From positions 5,084,001 through 5,148,000 of the forward strand of contig CP075495.1 of NCBI GenBank assembly GCA_021613535.1: DNA of 64,000 bases. The letters are read 5' to 3'. The notes beneath the pieces were generated by a model. It worked only from the letters and a program-made list of their open reading frames with translations. It did no database searches and was not told the origin of the DNA. Shown here piece by piece: positions 52,584-64,000 of this stretch (position 1 is the stretch's first letter; each line of letters starts with the position of its first letter). Position numbers and translations under genes: made by a program. This DNA is from Adineta vaga (Eukaryota > Animalia > Rotifera).

Positions 52584-54189
52584 TTATGTTTTACGTAGTG
52601 CTTGTTTCAATCGAGGTGGATCAATCCATGTAGGTCCTTTAAAATCGAGATATCTTTCTTCTTCTTCATTGAGTTTTGGAGGGGATTGAACATGCATATG
52701 TGTACCTTCAACATGAAGATTAGCTGTTGGAGAGACAATAGTCTAAAATGAAAGAAAAATAGTCATTGTACTTAATGATGCAATCGTTTTCTAAACATAT
52801 ACACGTACTGAATCATCTTCAATCTTTGATAATCGTGGTGTATTTTTATCTAATTCATCTAAAATATAATTTTATAAAGATATTCAATTGAAATATTGAT
52901 CATCAACGTACTAATTAATTGTGCGAATGTTTTATCACCCGTGTCACTACGTATTGTCAATTGTCCTAAATCCACTGCAAGTAAACAATTATTTCCAATA
53001 TCCTTTGTAATATCATCTGCAAATAGATCTGTCACAAATGTATTCCTAAATAAAACATGAAAGAAAATTCTATGAAAAACAAATTATTATTTAGATCATA
53101 ATTACTTAAATGTAGCTGTATCAGCTACGTGTGCTTCATTGAGTTTTTCACTAATAACAAGATTTGTTTGTTCCAATGCTCGAACTTGTTCTTCCAATTC
53201 TGTTACATGTTGTTCTTGTAAAGTAAGCTGTTTAATTAAGATAAAAAACATTAGAATGATTGAAAAAAAAGAAAAACATGATAGATTACTTCATGTCTCA
53301 TATATTCATTTTCACTTAACATCTTCTTTGTAAATTGATCAAGACCTAAGGCAACACGTTCAGTTGCAGCTCGAGTTTTTTGATCGATTTTATTTTGTGC
53401 CATTTGTGTTAATGCTATTCGTTCTTCATTAGTACTTTCTGTTAGATACTCTAAATGATAATTGTCATACATATGTATATATCTTTCAATTGAGAAGCAT
53501 CGTGATCATATACTTGTGAGAACTTCATAATTTTCTATCATATTCGCGAGTTCACGTCTTAATGAATCAACAGCGCATTGTTCTTCAATTCGTGTTACAT
53601 CACGATATTTGATACATTGCTTAATTTGACTTCGAACTTTGAATATTTGAACTTCGACTTGAAGCATTTGTTCATGAATTTCTTTGAATAATTGAAGAAA
53701 AGAGAAAGGAACGTTACTTTTTGATAAATATTCAATAGTTACTTCTCAATTCTTCTTCTTGTTCTGCAGCTACATTCATCTTTTCATGTACAACTGCATG
53801 AACCTGAAAATCAAGAGAAAAGAATTATGATGAAAAAGATCATTCTAATCAAACTTGCTTCTTCTCTGCCAATTTTTGGATAAGTAACATTTTCTTTATC
53901 GAATTGTAAAGCATTTGTAACGAGATTTTTCATAGATTCAGCACATTCTTCACGTAGATGTGCATCACGTCCAATTAAAGCTTCATTTTCTTCTTCGAAT
54001 TGATAGACACGAAAACGCCATTCTTCTAATTCTTTATCAATAACGGATATTCTTGAAAAATCAAGCTAATTAAACGATAAACTTATTTCAAATAATGATA
54101 ACAAACTTGTATTCGAGTAAAGCTTCATAAACATTATCACCTCCTTTCTTCTTCTTTTTACCACCTTTCTTCTTCTTCTTTTCCGCCAT
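52584..54189 (-). CDS. CCDC83-like coiled-coil protein; multi-exon
   Basis: 'MAEKKKKKGGKKKKKGGDNVYEALLEYK|ISVIDKELEEWRFRVYQFEEENEALIGRDAHLREE...', 'KYRDV...EEQCAVDSLRREL', 'LQEQHVTELEEQVRALEQTN', ending 'LKQALRKT*'. Absent from the ORF track as a unit. Confidence 0.65.
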
Positions 54190-54673
54190 GACGACTCTTT
54201 CTGTCTTTTAGTTTGGCAAGTTGATGATTGAAGTCTTTTATTGTTCGTTCAGGTGAAGAAAAAAAAAGACGTCGCTTAATGTCGCGTGCACACGTGTTAA
54301 AAAAGCGGACATGCTGCTACGTCGAATCCAAGGCAATTCCTCCTTGAGTAATAATTGAGTGGCGCTAGAATTGAACCAAAAAAGAAACTCATGTGTGAAA
54401 TTAAAACATATAGATTAATAGAATAATATGACTTCGATTAATTTAATTTAATCACAGTTAGATTAATTTTATATTGCAAATGAGATCCGTAATCAAAATC
54501 CTTTGTAGAGATGAAATCAATAAGATTTCAATTGTCAAAGTACAATACTAAATGTACATATTGATCGACAAGTAATTTTGTACACTTTTTCTTTCTATTT
54601 ATCTCTTCTTCAAATTATTGACAGACAGTATTCATTTAATACAGTATTCTTGATAAGGATTACCTAAAATACA

Positions 54674-55561
54674 ATGTTTCTTCTCTTCTTCATATTATAT
54701 CTCAGAACATCATCAGCTCTACTTCTTTCTACTGAAAATCGTATCTCAACTCGAAATATCACATGTCAAAATGGACCATCAGCAGGAAATTTAATTTTTA
54801 ATTGTGAAGCATGTCTTGTTATATCACGAAATTATGAAATTAGAACAACACTTTCTATTACTGGATCCGGACCAATGGGTACAACTTATGCATGTTTACA
54901 AATCAATCAAATAGAAGCCTATCACGAAAATCTTGTTCGAGAATGTGAGAACTTTCCTCGAGGTACATTAAATGGTTATGATGATTTCTGTGTTGCTTCA
55001 CCTTATAATAAACTACGGGGTTCGTATCGGGCGTGCTTATGTATAACTAATGCTTGTAATTTAAATTATTCGGAATGTGTTCAACGTACGAAACCATATT
55101 GGGATCAAAAACCACCAACATTTAGTAATAGCATTGTTCAATTAACTGATCGAGTTAAATGTTATCGACCATATGAAGATTATAGACCACAACCATATTC
55201 TTATTTAACACCATTATGTTCATCAAATGATCTTGAATGTAAAAATTTCCTATTCGATCATGGTGTCGTTTGTGCAATTAGTGTTGATCGAACAAATCAA
55301 ATCATACGACAAACTTTACCACCGTCAATTTATTCATCACAATTATTGAAATTAAAAACGACACTTTGTAAATCTTTTACTTGGACATCTAAAAGTATTT
55401 ATTTTACACAATGTCAATATGATGAAACAATATGCATGTGTGCTGTTGATGGATGCGATAGAGATTTAGAAACATGTCGAACAAGTGGAACAACAAATAC
55501 ATATATTTATCATTATTCGTTTTCTTATTTTCTTGTACTTGTCGTAAATATTTACTTTTGA
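54674..55561 (+). CDS. Secreted/GPI- or TM-anchored Cys-rich protein with two Ly6/three-finger-like units
   Basis: Signal peptide; two units ending 'CLCITNACN' and 'CMCAVDGCD'; hydrophobic C-terminus; intronless. Confidence 0.65.
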   Translation: MFLLFFILYLRTSSALLLSTENRISTRNITCQNGPSAGNLIFNCEACLVISRNYEIRTTLSITGSGPMGTTYACLQINQIEAYHENLVRECENFPRGTLNGYDDFCVASPYNKLRGSYRACLCITNACNLNYSECVQRTKPYWDQKPPTFSNSIVQLTDRVKCYRPYEDYRPQPYSYLTPLCSSNDLECKNFLFDHGVVCAISVDRTNQIIRQTLPPSIYSSQLLKLKTTLCKSFTWTSKSIYFTQCQYDETICMCAVDGCDRDLETCRTSGTTNTYIYHYSFSYFLVLVVNIYF

Positions 55562-55921
55562 AATAAGACATTAATACACTATTTCGTTTTTCTTTTGTAT
55601 TCAATTGATCTAACAAGGATTTATGTCAATGTATGTATAATGGCAATTATTGAATCAATCAAGTTTTTATAAATATTTTTGAAGGATAAACATATTGATA
55701 TAGTTACGTTGAGAGCGCCTTCGTTTTTAATTAAAATAGCATATTCTTTACCAATATTAATTCTGTAAAAATTCAGAAGTAAACATATATCTCTGTATTT
55801 ATATACAAGAAATCAAAACAAAAGACATAATAAATGTTTTCGAAAATAAAAGGAAGAACAGAAGTATTTTTTTATGAAAGCAAAATGTCCATAGGCATTC
55901 GTTGGACCTTCACTAAGATAT

Positions 55922-56591
<670 letters not shown>

Positions 56592-56659
56592 CGTTTTTTG
56601 TAAAGATATGTAATATGAAAAATAATAACAATAAGAATATGAATCTTTCATTTTGTTTC

Positions 56660-56855
56660 GTGTTTATATAGTGTCCAACTAACGTACAACTTTTTTAAAT
56701 CTGATTGGTTGATATCGACCAATCGTGTTGTCGTTATTGCACCATTTGGAAAATGATCAATGAAATACATTTTTCGTACACGTTAACTATTGCGTTCTAC
56801 AAGTTTCTTTTCATTCTACAACCAATCATATTCAAACAAATGTGTCTATATAAAC
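56660..56855. promoter_or_regulatory. Bidirectional H2A/H2B promoter
   Basis: Inverted CCAAT boxes 'gattggtt gatatcg accaatc' (56703-56724), flanked by outward-facing TATA-like boxes (tttatata ~56663-56670; tatataaa ~56847-56854) in the 313-nt gap between the divergent ATGs. Confidence 0.7.
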
Positions 56856-56904
56856 GATACCTTTTGCATGTAGTTGCATTTCATTTCAATTTTATCAAAA
56901 CAAC

Positions 56905-57548
<644 letters not shown>

Positions 57549-57904
57549 TCAATCAAGTACATCGATATAGAACATTTATTTTTCCATTGTCATTGTCGTC
57601 TTTTTTTTCTTCATTGAAAATTCTATGTATTTCTTGATGATTTATTGTTGTATATGAAATAAAAATTGAAAGAAAACTATTGTTATATCGTCAGTTTAAT
57701 TTTTTTTCTTCCATTGAAATTCGTCATGCTTACAAAAGATAATTCTTGTTCTATTTCTTATGAGAAACAGGTACACATGATATTTAATTCTATATTTTTT
57801 AGTATCTACTATACTTTTGTCAGTTTATTTAGTCTACTAATGTAAGAGTGTTAAATGAACCACAAATATTGAATGTGAGAAATGATGAAAGAAAATAAAG
57901 TAGA

Positions 57905-59156
57905 TTAAAATTTAAAAGCATTTTTCTCTGTAAAGCCAAGCTTTTTGAGAAGACCGGTTAGTTCACCCTAGAATAAAAAGATTTAAATTTAATATTCCAA
58001 TACGATATTCAGAATATTCATTCGAAAGATCGTCTATAAATACTCTTCTCTTCAACGTGAGTAACTTTGCTCTATTGTCTTTTCAATAACATACTTGTTT
58101 ATAATCTTTTGTTTTTTCCCCACTAATCAATTTCATAAATCCAGGTGGACCACAAATCATAGCCAATAGACTTTCGTCATCTTTTTTAGCTGGCATTGGT
58201 AATAGTTTCTTCAACATATCAGCATTAATATAACTAAATAATATGAATAATATATTGCAGATATAGATGGAATTATAATATGAACTTACCCAACTTCACC
58301 TTTCCATGCCTTTTTAGCTTTATCATCAGTAAGTTTATCAACTGTGTAATGGAGTTGAAAACGATCTGGATATTTTTGTGCAAGTTTATCGAGACTTTCT
58401 TTTAATAGAATATCATCTGTCGTTGTATTAGCAAATAGAAGAGTAACTTTAGTTTTATCATCTGGATTGAGAAGAACTTCTTCAATCATTTGAACCTTTG
58501 AATAAAATTTAAAAAAACGGCCTGTTTTACAATTGATTTCATACAAAAACTTGATTATACCATTGGTGTAATACCAGTACCACCAGCAATTAAAGCAAGT
58601 TTTTCAAACTTATTCGCTTCATATGGATATTTTGGAACTGAAATAGAATTAATCGAAAGAAGATATGAGAAGAAAATGTTTTTTAACAATTACTTGGTCC
58701 TTTAATTTCAATTGTATCACCTTTTTTCATTTCATGAACGTGTTTACTCATAAGACCTTGTGGATAATTCTTAATAACAAATTCTAATTCACCAATTGTA
58801 TTTGGTCGTGATATAGGTGTGTAAGGTCGAATCTCATCTTTTCCATTAACATTTGTTTTGAATACTACACAGGAAGCAGTTTTTCCATTATATTTTGCTT
58901 TGGGATCATCAAATGTAAATGTAAATATATTTGTATTATGATTATATTTCTTAATATTGGATAATTTCAACGGGCGAAATGCATTTGGATCAAGTCCATC
59001 AGGTGCTGAAGCAGCTTGAGACTGACCAGTTGATTGTTTAGTTTCAAGTACCATTTTTTTACCTGGTCCATACGTAAGTAAATAACCAGCACCGGCAACT
59101 GCTAACCCGGCACCTATCCATATCCATTTTCGTGATGCACGAGCGGCTGCTGACAT
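57905..59156 (-). CDS. NADH-cytochrome b5 reductase, mitochondrial MCR1/CBR2 type; 5 exons
   Basis: N-terminal anchor, 'YNHNT', 'IRPYTPIS', 'IKNYPQGLMSKHVH', 'KGP', 'AGGTGITPM', 'LLFAN...DILL', 'CGPPGFMKLISGEKTKDYKQ|GELTGLLKKLGF...AFKF*'. Confidence 0.92.
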
Positions 59157-60022
59157 ATTATATTATGACGATGATTACGTTACAACGACAAAAATAAAAT
59201 TAATGTGTGTAATATAAGAATGACAAGGCAGAAAATTTCGTATGCTCAGCGTTATTTCCAATCAAGTGAAACAGAGTAAAGGAATTACGACATCTATAAC
59301 AGCAAGCAAAGATATCGAACTCAGATGATCAGTCTATATTCCATACAGTATAATAGACGTAGACTGATGAGAGCCGATAGTTTTACCGAAAATTGTTGTA
59401 TTCGTATGTTTGTCTGTTGTAAGAATATGCTTATAGCCTAGATCATCCCAAAAGGTGATATCTTTTATATCCAGAAAGCTGATTTTATACAACATTACAT
59501 CTGATATGAGATCTTCGGATAGATTGAGAAAGATCTGAGTAATCAGATTATATCATCATTTTAGTCAGAATGTCCAAAAAATGACGTAAGTGATGATTTC
59601 GTCAATCAGAATTTTGCGTTCATGCAATGTTCGTCATAGTTTATTACCATGCATGCACAAGTAAATTCCTTACCTTATAATTACAATTATATATTTTTCA
59701 AGTATTAGAGATCGAACCTATTGGCTAGTGAAAGTATGAATATTATCGCAAGTAAGCCTTGATTTTTCGATATATAAAGTACTTCGTCATCATGACCGTG
59801 TAAAAGATAAATATACTGTACCGCTCTCACCTTTGCATGACTATATGTAAACTATCCGTTTATTTATAAAAGTTGCTTGTCATACAAGTTTATAGATGTA
59901 CCAATTGCCAATAAAAGAACTAAAAGTCTGCCATATCATCGTTACTATGCAGTAAAATAACTATAAATATTCATGCGAATAATTCATTATCCATACAATC
60001 AAACAATTCTCATTATAATACA

Positions 60023-60934
60023 ATGACTTCGTCTATTTACAAAAATATTTTACTCGTTGGAGCTACTGGTACTGTTGGTGAGCAAGTTCTTTCAGCTCTT
60101 CTCGCCGATGCAGCATTCAATGTTACAATTCTTTCTCGTACTAATTCAAAAGCAACATTTCCATCCAATGTTCAAGTAATTAAAATCGATTATTCAGATA
60201 CAGTAGCATTAACAAAAGCATTGACTAATCAAGATGTTGTTATTTCAACTATTGGTGGTGAAGGTTTAGCAAAGAATTTCGGCGAAGTATTAGTACAAGC
60301 AGCAATCGATGCTAAGGTAAAATGGTTTATTCCATCTGAATTTGGAATTGATTATGAAGATCCTGCAGCAAATATTCCTCTTTTTGCTACAAAACTTGCC
60401 GTTGTCAATCTACTCAAAAAACATTCATCACATATTGCTTATACATTGATTACAACTGGTGTATTTGTTGATTGGGGTTTTGATAATGGTTTTCTTAGTT
60501 TTGATATTAATAATCGAACTGCTACTCTCTATGATGAAGGCAAATATCGTGTATCTGGTATAACTCTTCCATCTATTGGTAAAGCTGTGGTTGCTGTACT
60601 TCACCATCCACAACTAACTCAGAACAAACGTATTTTCGTTGCCGATGTAACATTTACACAACAAGAAGCTTTAGCACTTTTTGAACGATATACAAATACT
60701 AAATGGTCAATAAAACATATTCGTACAATCGATGCTCGTAAAGAAGCCGAAGAAAATTTGAAAAAAGGAAACATTCAACAAGCATTTGGCGGTTATTTAT
60801 TATCTTATATCTACAATGAGCATGAAGGTGGTAATTTTGATGGTAAAACAATTAACAAAGATTTAGGATTATCAACTGTATCACTTGATCAAATTGTTAA
60901 AGAAGCTGTTTCAAGAAAAACTCGCACTAATTAA
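60023..60934 (+). CDS. NmrA/isoflavone-reductase-like atypical SDR, intronless
   Basis: Rossmann motif 'NILLVGATGTVG', 'DVVISTIG', 'AAIDAKVKWFIPSEFG', 'TG.FVDW'. Confidence 0.92.
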   Translation: MTSSIYKNILLVGATGTVGEQVLSALLADAAFNVTILSRTNSKATFPSNVQVIKIDYSDTVALTKALTNQDVVISTIGGEGLAKNFGEVLVQAAIDAKVKWFIPSEFGIDYEDPAANIPLFATKLAVVNLLKKHSSHIAYTLITTGVFVDWGFDNGFLSFDINNRTATLYDEGKYRVSGITLPSIGKAVVAVLHHPQLTQNKRIFVADVTFTQQEALALFERYTNTKWSIKHIRTIDARKEAEENLKKGNIQQAFGGYLLSYIYNEHEGGNFDGKTINKDLGLSTVSLDQIVKEAVSRKTRTN

Positions 60935-61598
60935 CAATAAACTCTTCTTCTTTTTCTTTTCTCTAAAGTATATTTACGTTTTTAAAATATTTAATAAAAA
61001 TATATGATTACTACATAATAAACTAGTGACATCTATAATTTATCATACAATATAATTCAACATCTATTTAGTGAATCAAAAGTTCTCACATTTTTTTATT
61101 TTCATTGATAAAAATTAGTAAGATCTAAAAGATATGTCTTCAATATGAATCATAATCAAGCTTAACGTCATTTATGACTCAGAATATAAACTGACAAATA
61201 CATACATACATTGTGATTGTGTATGTAAGTAAGTTATATATCGGTCATTGCTCGAATGAGTTGATGTTTATTCGAGACTCATTTAGATTTCACTATTCAG
61301 TATTTCAACAATGATAAAAGTCATTTTTATTATTTTCAGTTTTGGTATATTCTTTTCTGTAAGTAAACGAACTATTTAAATCAGTGAAGTCTATGAATCA
61401 TTATTACATCTTTTCAATAACAATAATGAGAATACTTCCAGAACAAAACAAAAACAATGATCTATTGCGATGTTTAGAAAATTCGTACAATGTAAATAAT
61501 AGCATTTTCTATTTACTCTTATAGATACATTGCATTGAGAAATCTTCATCCTAAATAATACATATATATCCATTAATCGATAAAGAAAAATTATCATC

Positions 61599-62358
61599 AT
61601 GTCGGGTATGTTAAATTTATATTCTTTTTAAAGTTACATTTAATAATCTTATGTTTTCATAGATAAATTGGCGTTTCAATTTAAAATGCAAACAAAAATG
61701 CTCGAACGACAAGCAATTACTCATGACAAACAAGAAAAAGTTGAACGTGATAAGGTTAAAAAAGCTTTAATGAAAGGCAATCTTGAAGCTGCAAAGATTC
61801 ATGCTGAAAATGCAATTCGACATCATAGCGAATCATTGAATTGTAAACGAATGGCTGCTCGTGTTGATGGTGTACAGGCACGTGTTGCTAATTCGGCAGC
61901 ACAACGACAAGTAAATCTATTTATTTCTTTCTATTCTACAGATTAGAACGAATCAATTTCAAATCTTTAGATGGCACAAAGTCTTAAACAGACGGTTTCA
62001 TTGATGTCCAAAGTGACTGCTAATATGCCATTGACAGAAACATCTAAATTAATGGATAGTTTAGAGAAAAATTTCGAAGATCTGGAAGTTAAAACAAAAG
62101 TTATGGATGATGCCATGCAAAATGCAACAAGTGTACAACAACCAGTCGATCAAGTTGCTAATCTTATGCAAGAAATGGCTGATGAAGCTGGTATTGAATT
62201 AAATCTTAATATTCCTGCAGCACCTGCCATGGGCACTTCAGTTGCTCTCAAAGAACAAGTAAGAAAACCTTTTCGCTATTATCTTCATTCGTTATATTTC
62301 ATTTTTTTTCTCCTAGGACGAACTCAGTCAACGATTAGCTAAACTACGTGAAACCTAA
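61599..62358 (+). CDS. CHMP1: ESCRT-III subunit CHMP1 (Did2/Vps46); 4 exons
   Basis: 'FQFKMQTKMLERQA...KVKKAL.KGNLEAAKIHAENAIR...RMAARVDGV', 'V..LMQEMADEAGIEL', MIM 'DELSQRLAKLRET*'. Confidence 0.95.
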
Positions 62359-63055
62359 TTATTATACATAAATTCATCAAACATATATTAAAACATTAAA
62401 AAAAAAAATCGAATGACTCTCGGTGATGTCACACAAAAAAAACTCAACTTAGTTGCATTATTTCTTTATCTTTTCTTTTTCATTCTTATTAATACAAGCT
62501 CTTCATATGTATATAAAATCAAAAATCTGTATGTGCATGCATGCTCATCTGTTTTTTCTTCTTCTTTCTTCATCAAGATTTCACATGTATTTAAAAATCG
62601 ATTAACTATGTATATTCAATAATGAATCATTATCAAACATAGAATTAACAAACGGTTTTTATCCGCCTCTTGAAGTTCGATAAAAATATGTCTGAAAACG
62701 AAAAAGAAAATGTGTATTTCATATTCTTTTATTCATGTATCGATATATATATATATCGAGGACGCACATTACTTCGGCTTAAATCAACATGAGTGTGTAA
62801 TACATGATATGATCTTTGTATATTCATTTTTGAAGCGAAAAAAGGAATCGAAGAAAGAGAAAAAGAAATAATCGCCGAGTACTAAATCAAAAGCATACAA
62901 TCTTGTTTTTTCTGCTTTTCATCAAAAATATTTTTTGTATATTTATATAAAACACATCTGTCTCATTTTCACATATATATATATAACGAAGCATTCAACA
63001 AAGTATATAATCAAGAACCAAACAAAAAGACATGTAATGAAACATCGACGTGAGC

Positions 63056-63951
63056 ATGAGTAGTAGTGTTAATGACGAAGATTATCTCGATCGATTGAGT
63101 CGAGTTATACCATGGCATCGAACATTTACATTCTATGAACGATTATTCATTATAATTCTTGTTGCTACATTTATATCCATTGTCGGTTGTATCTTTTTAT
63201 TTCTTATATACTCGCGTTCTCGTTTACGAAAACGATATGTTTCACAAAAGAATTTAGGTAAGTCGTTGTAGTAATTAACTGATATTCAAATTGATTCTTT
63301 CGTTTGATCCAGACAAGGAGCATTGTATGGAAAATGTTTTGGTATTTTCTGAACCACCAAGTTATGAATCAGCTGTTCGAACAAGTAACAGCATGGCCCT
63401 GAATAAATCAAACAAGAATCATTTTTCAAAATCAAGTAGACAATCATCTTATGGTACTGCATCGGAAAGTGATGGTACTCATACGCATAATGTAAATATT
63501 TGCATAGAATTTTATCAATATTCATGAAAGAAATTATACACAATTCTTTTAGAATGGTTTCTTACTTACGAATAGTACACATTCAATAACAGCAAATGCT
63601 AGTTATCCATCCTTTCCATTTGCTCAAATTCATGTTGAATTTAGTTTTGATCCAATGAAAAATCTATTGCATATTCATGTATTGAATGGTGAATATATAT
63701 CTCTACATTCAACATTTGATGACCAAGCTGAATTTTTTATTCATATACAATTATTAAATAATAAAATTTTAAAAAAATTTCAAGAAATTCAAAATAAACA
63801 TCGTTCAAATTTACAATTGACTACATGGAAAAAACAACAAGAAAAAACAACGAAGTCTGTCATTACTATAGACGTTGTTCGATCGTGTTATAAAGATGAT
63901 TTATATTTTGTTTATTTAGAAAATTATCTCGAACAGCAGATGATAAATTAA
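63056..63951 (+). CDS. Single-pass membrane protein with PPxY motif and a degenerate C2-like domain (synaptotagmin-like topology); 3' end uncertain
   Basis: N-terminal TM (LFIIILVATFISIVGCIFLFLIY) then basic stop-transfer, 'EPPSYESA', and 'AQIHVEFSFDPMKNLLHIHVLNGEYI' resembling C2 beta1-2. Introns near 63258-63311 and 63492-63552. Confidence 0.5.
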
Positions 63952-64000
63952 CATGTGATGAATATTTATCATTCGAACTTCATAAAGATGATGCAAAGAC

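Overview
AT-rich (~30% GC by eye), gene-dense eukaryotic DNA with many 35-70 nt GT-AG introns. The intron-containing, long-tailed H2A paired with H2B, a LEA-like gene and several intronless fungal/plant-type enzyme genes point to a bdelloid rotifer (inference). I can support about 22 protein-coding genes, assembled by eye across introns: a non-catalytic neprilysin-like gene, LRRC14/PRAME-like, a class-V PLP lyase, MRPS18B, TANGO1/cTAGE5-like, a vertnin/OTU-like + U-box-like + vWA fusion, SLC33A1, an MBOAT wax-synthase type, astacin, Distal-less, SH3BGR with a long acidic repeat tail, UBA-PTH2-like, TIM9, a coiled-coil gene, LEA-like, NCKAP5-like, CCDC83-like, a Cys-rich surface protein, H2A/H2B, an MCR1-type cytochrome b5 reductase, NmrA-like, CHMP1 and a TM+C2-like gene. 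The most striking structure is a complete intronless PLP-lyase ORF filling intron 1 of the LRRC14-like gene on the same strand. Its stop is only 32 nt from the host 3' splice site, which suggests one transcription unit giving two unrelated proteins. Other highlights are coding-overlapping convergent stops (TIM9), an 18-nt microexon for the Dlx recognition helix, five ULM-like RRRRGWD repeats, and several apparent pseudoenzymes. No rRNA, tRNA, CRISPR array or intact transposon was recognised. All family calls rest on recalled motifs, not database searches.
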